The position numbers and the translations under genes were made by a program. A stretch of 64,000 nucleotides of DNA, from the IMG/VR virus record IMGVR_UViG_3300030376_003496; one strand, written 5' to 3'. The notes under the pieces were generated by a model. The model made no database searches, was not told the DNA's origin, and was given only the letters and a program-made list of their open reading frames with translations. Shown piece by piece: positions 20,901 through 26,791 of this stretch. How positions within the stretch are numbered: position 1 is the stretch's first letter; each line of letters begins with the position of its first letter. This DNA is from an uncultured virus (IMG/VR IMGVR_UViG_3300030376_003496). Lineage: Duplodnaviria > Heunggongvirae > Uroviricota > Caudoviricetes.

Positions 20901-21611
20901 AGTGGTTTAGTTGTACACAAATCTATTTCACCTCCAATTGGGTCAACAGCATGTGGTTCAGCTTGTGATTATGGTACTACTGTAGATAATCATTTCAGTA
21001 TTGATTCTACTTCTTTAGATTGGTTAGCAAATACTTCTGATGCTACGTCTAAACAAAAAACTATTTTTGGTATAGACTCAACCAGCAAACGAATTACGTC
21101 TAATAAACCTAAGTTTAGTAAAACGTTAATTACAGGTAAAACCCGTAAGACTGCTGATAACAAAGATGCTTGTTACGATATAACCCACGGTACTTGTTCT
21201 GGTGAATCAGATCCCTTCCAGTTTCCTTCTGAGGCTCACAGCAATCTTATTGCTTACGCTGAAGGATTAAGTTCTGGTAACTTATTTAGCAGAGGTATTC
21301 CCAATGTTGGCGGAATGCAATTGCAATGGGCTATTCCCAAAAATTATTATCACGATGTTTGTACGTTTGCTAGTGTAGCACAAACTTGTAGAAGAAACCC
21401 TATATTAGATGGTCGTTATACTAATGAAAATCTTACTGCTATAACCGAAAGCAGTGGTACTTATTCTTGGACTACTAATGCTCTTGCTGAATGTGCCGGA
21501 AATTGTAAAATTATTAGAGATCACTATTTTATCGATAATACTAATACTGATAACAGAATTGATTTAGATTGGATTCCTGTTATCGATGAGTGTCGTTGTA
21601 GTGACGTTTAA
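14946..21611 (+). CDS. Giant Cys-rich tail spike / receptor-binding protein, 2221 aa
   Basis: Follows the tail fibre; dense Cys clusters (CHCGSC..GTCC, CCCC); C-terminal half has beta-helix-like strands (LHVRDLTV, LIVENCVF, NIKVDNC, LYMDNFVV). Confidence 0.65.
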   Translation: MSITNCHCGSCRGVGTCCIKYAEGGGFNDGDFSKLGQSTLQTNSWFLDTDGSGANGPPVVSSLPSSLFVGIDATNPITRVQLSAIADPSGNANIRIRFNNSTDRDQFVTNLNNYTDKTFALVIKVTELYTDSDQPAAPYNQTDSFNNKIITQTSVNEILEYHWSVEDIVNTNWSNNTSYVQFNLNSTGGSTPFLQASTHARTTRRCINPTTECLNGLVCTWGKDPEFLLSLVGVAGQATDDFINRQGSICAPNESGCGPVSNQCCTSEVSGSWCVANMPGYIQGIPSQDDCCCCKYLSQSGQTACCEECDYRCSTCQCCAGVGGDIDEGGACEPCTDPQFCFDFIPIGSSQCICEGALCNESLGSPFCVEGRWAFPQCGPDECETPITFPTSDSTYTCLISSPEFCKLKNEEAGVEWACWSGKQNCDYKLPPAVVELTDSCPCLDEIVPPITTDDCGCTRDGNGNFVYQCNTVGNSCTQSWSLGTSCTGNNVFSLDFTDSSGAVSDQLQLFTQVPYFNQIKPTKCGCDTSCPDASINLSLGHLDPCFDSFPGSESCCPNWCDGLCPVYQNISYKKIHHCNISTTVTDCSTCGGSASPVLMESAPLKLTLDFNANNGIELQRDNGWNDFVAVSPNNEQLITTNNNNYEIPSDGVNNTWETIFDVSSLFTSDYLLSSLLFTNTNEQNFVLNDFSNLSSFWRMETHCTSSLRYGIFNDLPGDVDPETSTVKNIYNQLIVPSNTWVHEGPSSNENNTVWLRLYTTNLRGLYKTPINPDCSGDSTVNQYRYQIDHVYQGNSQYERGYDSNDCITKEGTDCTETQTCVYCNPWETINKAAVGTDSYRCTSYIDGSGNPVTPTEGSKQFPIKPYEYRYELWFAGEAASNCRDDGNDEDYTPNFKLAAIVREVADCSSCSISGYNTGNENQYQTYNDTCSSHYWQCNPRTTKLVAYGLVDDGTSEPWNQTLTANYENEEGEIVYIEPGIESQTTPRIISLTPKSSGAMNRSTTGDVTQDATTVLTPASSVAWNEDIWYHADPKHSFEEVGKGKPQVMARWTELPFKNYARDYLDESKTLKGFYLTLSAYHLDGISNIGYYLDGAKTGNGTAFVSDTTEHPLEPTKAQIVKDDDGTLLSSLKEYTVAVDTTSITTGVHEVRAKINPKNHQYGNRGTARFLYGEPPTGDASVNTADFLNPAKGTNSYSVISGQTWPVSQAKWPANIPDGPSIYDTNKNSSFSNKMFGIDRSENNLNPMWGAENFWNLHNKGFQYYANATDATNKTQTLSSENNFIFGGTPQQELLLNGYESFWFNFNPTPLTVYVGQAGDSVPEDSSYFATSLYEAFQWLENNYTADNASLHDAEIVLISGTSASPRKYSWPNTFVGESLPSSVSWCQNALQKKSFVIRSENPDDKEGTILWFPPAVDRVEIPWNNFALHVRDLTVYTSSQRGLSDKSCFHSNGTNCRLIVENCVFASTCSTGIKSSALVDSSGDVICGDTLQRAANGSVTGQIDYSKCRNINTTTSNLECAKTTADCASITCCGAKVTGGCQACTGATCTRCRKNCTCRSTEIDWWPFFSSDSFDMDSSGTSLEPVILCGNNDCTSGASWACKGIFGSDIVTSSPFMCLGTQPQHCVMLGLFNHELMDMAHSTEWKLGMYGKDIEVRDVPGTSLKNPVLMKHILVDNYNKNLISDKGHGAIIDLWIKNADPLTTSFVPDMDIIKWEAIGYDTYSLETVKDYDQNFASSNPRSVRNFNCFIENRMMVNIKVDNCHARVINMAGPALRYRDFLANPTATISSYSGHHNNFGMPSTRNFVFKDFHIEDKKASDQVFGNFPINHLYMDNFVVSNHLKRNCDSTAATTDTCSYAEDGALFPLSNVSISTANAAYLHYGKKPIQNLRLTNSLFQNLGTGKYSWNDTGALAAFSSSADAKFQNDIDWGSYKRKAGNNFMVQSPNSALIKYFWNGTFEPIISNVRQQRLDRENCTLLPFGATSGLVVHKSISPPIGSTACGSACDYGTTVDNHFSIDSTSLDWLANTSDATSKQKTIFGIDSTSKRITSNKPKFSKTLITGKTRKTADNKDACYDITHGTCSGESDPFQFPSEAHSNLIAYAEGLSSGNLFSRGIPNVGGMQLQWAIPKNYYHDVCTFASVAQTCRRNPILDGRYTNENLTAITESSGTYSWTTNALAECAGNCKIIRDHYFIDNTNTDNRIDLDWIPVIDECRCSDV

Positions 21612-21620
21612 GGAGAACAT

Positions 21621-21869
21621 ATGTCTTGTGTTAATTTAGGTGTTTTGGATGAAAAACGAGTTTGTTTAATCGGAGAATTTAGCGGTAATCCTACTGAAGA
21701 TAATTGCCTTAGTTGTGGTAAATACGATGGCCCTTCTAGAGGAATTGGGGATACAGTTAAAAATGTTATCAGCAAAGCTACCGCAGGTAAAGTTAAACCT
21801 TGTGGTGCCTGCCAAAAACGAAGAGAAGCCCTTAATAAGATGATGGGGTATAAAAAGAAAGAGGAATAA
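21621..21869 (+). CDS. Small Cys-rich protein (GxGD...KPCGxCxKRRExLN type)
   Basis: AGGAG SD; SRGIGDTV...KPCGACQKRREALNK pattern, common in environmental phages. Confidence 0.75.
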   Translation: MSCVNLGVLDEKRVCLIGEFSGNPTEDNCLSCGKYDGPSRGIGDTVKNVISKATAGKVKPCGACQKRREALNKMMGYKKKEE

Positions 21870-21870
21870 C

Positions 21871-22704
21871 ATGGCTTTAAATACTACGTCTACTACGGGC
21901 ATCTTAGGTGGACACACATGGCGATACGGTACTACTGATGATGACGGTAAAGCTGAAGTAGATATTAATGTAGCAGATGGAGACGGAGGTAATACTTGGG
22001 CAAATATTAATACAGGAGATTATTTTACCCTTGTTAGCTCAAGCGGAGTTTCCCAGAATTACGTATTTAGTAGAAACAATAACGGCGCGGGTGGAACTGC
22101 TGTACCAACAGGAACGGTAGTCGCTGCTGGAGATAATATCGGCGGCAGCAGAAAAAGTAATGTTGCTGGTATTACTGTAGGACTACAAGCGTCTCTTTTA
22201 GAAGGAGATACTATAACTCAAATTAGACTTGCTATTGAAAACGCAAGTTCTACACAAAATACGTTATTTACTTTAGTTCAAACCGGAGATAGTTCTACAA
22301 ACGGTAAAGTTACTTTACATTTTACACAAAACACAAGAGGTCTTGCCGGTAATACTACTATTAATTTTTATGATTGGTCAGCCGGTACAGCAGGAGATGG
22401 CACAAATAGCGATGGTTCTGCTAATCCCGGTACTCTTATTGAGGGTACTTGGACTGACTTGGAACAAACGTTTCCTCTTACATTTACCGGAGGATTAAAT
22501 AACCGTATTCCTTTTGAAGATGAATTGGTTATTGAAGGTAAGTTTGTAAATAGCGTAGCTGGATCTAATGAGAAAGCTGGGTTAACTAGAGTTAACAATA
22601 GTACAGCACTTGATTCTCCTACTACAACCCCAGATGCTACCCAGTTAGGGAGAGCAAGAGATATTGCAAGGGCTTTCCTTGCTTACAAAAAGAAAAAGAA
22701 ATGA
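21871..22704 (+). CDS. Probable virion protein containing one copy of the repeated module found in the nozzle
   Basis: FTLVSSSG..NY...LHFTQ..RGLAGNTTI...FTGG module; termini shared with the next gene. Confidence 0.75.
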   Translation: MALNTTSTTGILGGHTWRYGTTDDDGKAEVDINVADGDGGNTWANINTGDYFTLVSSSGVSQNYVFSRNNNGAGGTAVPTGTVVAAGDNIGGSRKSNVAGITVGLQASLLEGDTITQIRLAIENASSTQNTLFTLVQTGDSSTNGKVTLHFTQNTRGLAGNTTINFYDWSAGTAGDGTNSDGSANPGTLIEGTWTDLEQTFPLTFTGGLNNRIPFEDELVIEGKFVNSVAGSNEKAGLTRVNNSTALDSPTTTPDATQLGRARDIARAFLAYKKKKK

Positions 22705-22713
22705 GGTAATGTT

Positions 22714-22986
22714 ATGGCATTAAACACAACTCCTACTACTTCGGGTCAAACACTTATTGGAAATATTGCGTCCCTTGCTTGGGCTAATACAGACCAAGCT
22801 TTAGTTACTGCATATCAGTGTGTTGATCCAGCTACTGGAGGAAATACGGGAGTTCAGAGTTCATTTACTACGATTGCAAGTGGATCTGGATCAACTATTG
22901 TATTTACTCCGACAGCTAATAATACAGCGGCAGAAAGATTAGCTTTCGCTGTTACTTTTAACGCTTATTTAAAGAAAAAGAAATGA
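22714..22986 (+). CDS. Small protein, paralog of the preceding gene without the module
   Basis: Both start MALNTT.TT and end F.AY.KKKK; GAGG SD. Confidence 0.75.
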   Translation: MALNTTPTTSGQTLIGNIASLAWANTDQALVTAYQCVDPATGGNTGVQSSFTTIASGSGSTIVFTPTANNTAAERLAFAVTFNAYLKKKK

Positions 22987-22993
22987 GGCCGCT

Positions 22994-23083
22994 ATGAAGG
23001 CTATTTACAAAACGTTTATTAATTTTTTTACAGGATTTTGGAAAGCACTGAAGGTCTTTGGTAAGACTGTGTGGGAAGGTTAA
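22994..23083 (+). CDS. 29-aa cationic amphipathic peptide (not in ORF track)
   Basis: TGAGG SD; MKAIYKTFINFFTGFWKALKVFGKTVWEG*; fills the gap before the holin-like gene. Confidence 0.6.
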   Translation: MKAIYKTFINFFTGFWKALKVFGKTVWEG

Positions 23084-23086
23084 GCC

Positions 23087-23497
23087 ATGCCCATTGAATT
23101 GCTGTCCCTTATCGGCGGAGGACTCTCCGGTTTTATCTTTAAATTAATTGGTTCTATGGTAGAACGACAGTCGGCTCTTGCTGAGTTGGCTATTAAGACC
23201 CAAGCTGCTGCTGATGACTCTGCTGACCGTGCGGAGGCACGGGGAGGTGCTGGCGGTACGTGGGTACGGCGATTCATTGTTATTACTGTTTTATTTGCAA
23301 TGGTTGGTGCTCCCTTTATTCTCTCCTTCTTTGGTATCCCTACGTGGGTCGAAGGTGAGTTTGGTGGTATCTTTGGATTATTTACAGAGCAGTTTCATGA
23401 AGTCAAAGGGTTTCTTCTTGTTACTGAATTGCGTACAGCCCTGATTGCTATTATTGGTTTTTATTTTGGGCAGTCCGCTGTCAGTTCTAGGAGATAG
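23087..23497 (+). CDS. Holin-like membrane protein (3 hydrophobic segments)
   Basis: Hydrophobic N-terminus; WVRRFIV...TM; AIIGFYFG near the C-terminus, resembling 3-TM (GTA-type) holins. Confidence 0.65.
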   Translation: MPIELLSLIGGGLSGFIFKLIGSMVERQSALAELAIKTQAAADDSADRAEARGGAGGTWVRRFIVITVLFAMVGAPFILSFFGIPTWVEGEFGGIFGLFTEQFHEVKGFLLVTELRTALIAIIGFYFGQSAVSSRR

Positions 23498-23499
23498 TC

Positions 23500-23673
23500 A
23501 TGGACACTACGAATGTTATTCCTTTTGTCGAACTTTTAATCGGCACAGGGATTATTGGTATGCTTTGGAAAATGAATATGCAAATTGCTGCTTTAACCGA
23601 GCAGTTAAAAACTATTTTTAAATTAACGGAAGACCACGAAGAGCGTATTCGTGATCTTGAAAAAGGAGATTAA
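23500..23673 (+). CDS. Small single-TM plus coiled-coil protein, 57 aa (not in ORF track)
   Basis: AGGAG SD; MDTTNVIPFVELLIGTGIIGMLWKMN...DHEERIRDLEKGD*. Confidence 0.65.
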   Translation: MDTTNVIPFVELLIGTGIIGMLWKMNMQIAALTEQLKTIFKLTEDHEERIRDLEKGD

Positions 23674-23675
23674 CT

Positions 23676-23771
23676 ATGCCCGGTTTAAAAGGAAAAAAGA
23701 CAGGTAAAGCTAAAGTTAAAAAAGTTAAGACGGTCCCCAAACCTAAGGTAAAAAAAGTAAAGAGGTATTAA
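23676..23771 (+). CDS. 31-aa Lys-rich peptide (not in ORF track)
   Basis: AAGGAG SD; MPGLKGKKTGKAKVKKVKTVPKPKVKKVKRY*. Confidence 0.6.
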   Translation: MPGLKGKKTGKAKVKKVKTVPKPKVKKVKRY

Positions 23772-25277
23772 ATGAGTAGGGCAACAAGACAAAGCCACGG
23801 TATAGATGGTTTAATGACTATGACTATTAACGGTTCTATTAATAGCACTGAAAAAGTCAGCATTAAACAAAATCATAACGATTTGTTAGCTAGGGGTAAC
23901 GAAAACTATATTTTGTCCTACAGAGAAAATACTCTTGCTTCTTTACCTACTACTGGAAAAACCGGAGCAGCTAAATGGGTAATTCCTCAGATGTGGGAAC
24001 GAGAATGGAATCCGCGTTTAGGTGTATCAATTACTCCTTTAGATTTTAATAGTGAAAGCGATGGGGCTAAACTTGTTCCTGAATTATGGTTAAAACCAGA
24101 AAATACTTTATTAACTACTGATGGAACTAAAGTAACTTCTTGGGAAGATTCTTCAGCTACTCCAACTAACTGGGAAGCAGCTACTAACGATGAACCGCCT
24201 ATTTCAACAGTTGAAAATGCTAATAGGTTTGCCGGTCCTTCTGGAAACGGAGTAAATAATAGCGGAACTTATTTAACCGCCTTAACCGATATGTTTGATC
24301 TTCCCCCAGCAAGCGGCGGTACTCCCCAAAGCGGGTTTTTAATGTATTTTGTAGTTAAATTTGATTCACCTAATAACGTAACTGCTGATCAAACTTTATT
24401 TGCTTGTGGCTCAGAAGCAGCTACTACAGAGTGGAGAATATTTGCTAATAGTTTTAACGGATTTGGAGTTGGTAATGTTGTTATCGAAGCAAAAGGAACA
24501 GTAGAATATACTGCCACTGGTGCTATTGCTGCTAACGGAAATGATCCTATTATTATAGGTGTTGCTAGAACAACAGACGGTACTTTTGTATGTCGTGTTG
24601 ACGGTGCTAACAAGACTTTTACTCATACTTCAGGAAGTGCTTTTCCTGACGTTGGTGACTTTGGTACTTCTAGTAGTTTGATATCCACCTTAAACAGTGT
24701 GTCCCCTACTGAATTAAACGTGTTAAAAGGTACTCTTCTTGAAGCTTTTTACGTAAGAGAAAAAAATACAGATGCGGTGCAAGCTAGTCATGTTTTAATT
24801 GCTAACGGAGCAGCAGCAGTAGGAGGAACAATAACAATAATTTCTAGTGACGGTACTGAAATTACTTATATTGCAGCAGACTCTGGAGCTAACGGTGCCC
24901 TCGATGGAACTAAAGTAAAATTCCTTACTGACGCTAATACGACTACACAAGCAACTAACCTTGCTGCTGCGATAAATGATACTACTAACGGCCACGGTGC
25001 TAAAATTGTTGCTACTGGCTCGGGTGCTCTTATTGTTCTGCAACAAGCTGCTCACGGAGCAGCAGGTAATACTCCTATTACTATTACTGGTTTACCTACA
25101 ATAGTCCCTAATACAGGCTATGGCGAAAGATTTAAAAACGGAGCAGCAGGGATTAATGTTCCTGATATGGAAAAAATTGAAAGTTATTTAGGGCATAAAT
25201 TCGGTATTGTTTTACCAGATGCTCACCCTTATTCTAAACAGTACAAAAGAAAATCTGCTATTGAAGCAGTAATTTAA
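23772..25277 (+). CDS. Probable virion protein with a LamG/ConA-like domain and one inserted module copy
   Basis: LWL......V.SWED.S start and IESYLGHKFGI..LP..HPY end are typical of LamG-like phage proteins; module at about 24777-25142. Confidence 0.7.
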   Translation: MSRATRQSHGIDGLMTMTINGSINSTEKVSIKQNHNDLLARGNENYILSYRENTLASLPTTGKTGAAKWVIPQMWEREWNPRLGVSITPLDFNSESDGAKLVPELWLKPENTLLTTDGTKVTSWEDSSATPTNWEAATNDEPPISTVENANRFAGPSGNGVNNSGTYLTALTDMFDLPPASGGTPQSGFLMYFVVKFDSPNNVTADQTLFACGSEAATTEWRIFANSFNGFGVGNVVIEAKGTVEYTATGAIAANGNDPIIIGVARTTDGTFVCRVDGANKTFTHTSGSAFPDVGDFGTSSSLISTLNSVSPTELNVLKGTLLEAFYVREKNTDAVQASHVLIANGAAAVGGTITIISSDGTEITYIAADSGANGALDGTKVKFLTDANTTTQATNLAAAINDTTNGHGAKIVATGSGALIVLQQAAHGAAGNTPITITGLPTIVPNTGYGERFKNGAAGINVPDMEKIESYLGHKFGIVLPDAHPYSKQYKRKSAIEAVI

Positions 25278-25291
25278 CGAAAGGTATTAAA

Positions 25292-25441
25292 GTGGCTAAA
25301 GAAGAAAAAAAGAAAAAAGCAGGTAGATCTGCTGCACGACCTAATAAATTAAAGGCTATTAAAAAAATGGCTGGCCGAAGAGCAACTTCAAATAAAAACA
25401 GAGCAGCCCAGCGAAGCCGCTCTAAGGGCGGAAGCCGGTAA
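25292..25441 (+). CDS. 49-aa Arg/Lys-rich peptide (not in ORF track)
   Basis: AAAGGT SD, GTG start; MAKEEKKKKAGRSAARPNKLKAIKKMAGRRATSNKNRAAQRSRSKGGSR*. Confidence 0.55.
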   Translation: MAKEEKKKKAGRSAARPNKLKAIKKMAGRRATSNKNRAAQRSRSKGGSR

Positions 25442-25454
25442 ATAAGGAGAAATC

Positions 25455-25907
25455 ATGTCATCTACAATCACACCAGCTACACTTACTGTGACTCACACTG
25501 AGTCTTTGACCCTTAACGGGGTTGACCGTGGGGTTACCAATACATTAACGATTGCTTCTATTAATGAAGTCGATCATCGAATTGTTACTGTCGATACCTC
25601 GGCAGCTAGGACGCTTCTTACTCTCGGTACTACCGTGGGTGCTGGGGCATTTCTTAAAGCTAATATCAAGTATATTAGAATTACTAACAAAGACAATACT
25701 AACTACATTACTCTGGGTATGTTAGACACTAGTGGTGATACTGCTTATGTCAAGCTTGAAGCAGGTCAAACTTTCTGTATGTATAACGACGATCTTGAGG
25801 CGTTTACTAACGGAGCAGTTTGGTCAGCATTCTCTGAGATTGATACGTTTAACGCTCAGGCTAATACTGCTGACGTTGATGTAGAGGTATTCGTCGCATC
25901 CACCTAA
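25455..25907 (+). CDS. Conserved beta-rich phage protein
   Basis: AAGGAG SD; ATLTVT.TES.TLNG...YIRITNKD pattern. Confidence 0.75.
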   Translation: MSSTITPATLTVTHTESLTLNGVDRGVTNTLTIASINEVDHRIVTVDTSAARTLLTLGTTVGAGAFLKANIKYIRITNKDNTNYITLGMLDTSGDTAYVKLEAGQTFCMYNDDLEAFTNGAVWSAFSEIDTFNAQANTADVDVEVFVAST

Positions 25908-25916
25908 TGGAGAGCT

Positions 25917-26117
25917 ATGAGTAATATCTCAGCACTAAAAAACAAATTAATTAATAGGTTGTCAGAAGATCTTGATGACCCATCTAAATGCACACCCGGT
26001 CTTTATCAGGTTGTGTGCCGTGTGATTGTTGACTTTAAGGACGAAATTGATCTTGAAGGCATCGAACAGACTGTTAATAAGATGTCTTTAGATCCTCCGT
26101 TTAAATTTGGGACTTAA
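25917..26117 (+). CDS. terS: Terminase small subunit (T7 gp18-like)
   Basis: RLSEDLDDPSKCTPGLYQVV resembles T7 gp18 RMLADLSDHERRSPQLYNAI; upstream of terL. Confidence 0.65.
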   Translation: MSNISALKNKLINRLSEDLDDPSKCTPGLYQVVCRVIVDFKDEIDLEGIEQTVNKMSLDPPFKFGT

Positions 26118-26209
26118 TTGTTCGCTACCTTGGTTCTGTTGAACTTACCAACAGGGCCAGTCAGACCCACCTTGGGGTAAAATCCAAGGTGGGCATTCAA
26201 GGAGATACT

Positions 26210-26464
26210 ATGCCAGCAGGTAAAAAGAATTCTAAATATTACTATGATAAAAATCCACAGTCTAAAGCTAAGAAAAAGAAGTACGATACATCTTATCATA
26301 GTACTCCTGCCCGCAAAAAGTATCGAGCAAAGTTAAACGCTGCTAACCGTAAGGCAGGTACTTATGGTAACGGCGATGGTAAAGATATGTCTCACACTAA
26401 ATCGGGTCGTGTCGTTAAAGAAAAAGCTTCTGCTAACAGAGCTAGAAACAGGGGCCGTAAATGA
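26210..26464 (+). CDS. Small basic protein with a degenerate HNH-like motif
   Basis: AAGGAG SD then ATG 26210; GDGKDMSH...KASANRARN. Confidence 0.65.
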   Translation: MPAGKKNSKYYYDKNPQSKAKKKKYDTSYHSTPARKKYRAKLNAANRKAGTYGNGDGKDMSHTKSGRVVKEKASANRARNRGRK

Positions 26465-26790
26465 ATCCCCCTAAAGAGATTTGTCAATATTGTAACAAAA
26501 AAGAAGCTGACCATTTGCAATACGAGCTAACTCAATGCCAAAAAGCAAATAAAAGCAAAGACCAAAAAATCCAAAAATTAGATAAAAAGGTTTTTATTTT
26601 ATTATGTATTGTTGTCGGTATTGGTGCTATCTTCGGTAAAGAAGCACTAGACGGTTTAGTAGAGTGGTTAGAAACTTTAAATTCGGTAAAATCTGAAGTA
26701 GATAATTTAACTGACGCTAATATACCGGGGCCGGGTGCGCTACTTCTGTTATCTTGTGCGCCTTTAGCTATAAGACCAAGAAGGAAATAA
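26461..26790 (+). CDS. Membrane protein with a C-terminal PEP-CTERM-like sorting signal
   Basis: Internal TM (VFILLCIVVGIGAIFG); ends IPGPGALLLLSCAPLAIRPRRK. Confidence 0.65.
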   Translation: MNPPKEICQYCNKKEADHLQYELTQCQKANKSKDQKIQKLDKKVFILLCIVVGIGAIFGKEALDGLVEWLETLNSVKSEVDNLTDANIPGPGALLLLSCAPLAIRPRRK

Positions 26791-26791
26791 T

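Noticed and set aside
14946..21611. Diversity-generating retroelement, intron or intein in the tail or internal genes
   Set aside because: No reverse transcriptase, template/variable repeat pair or splicing motifs were seen.
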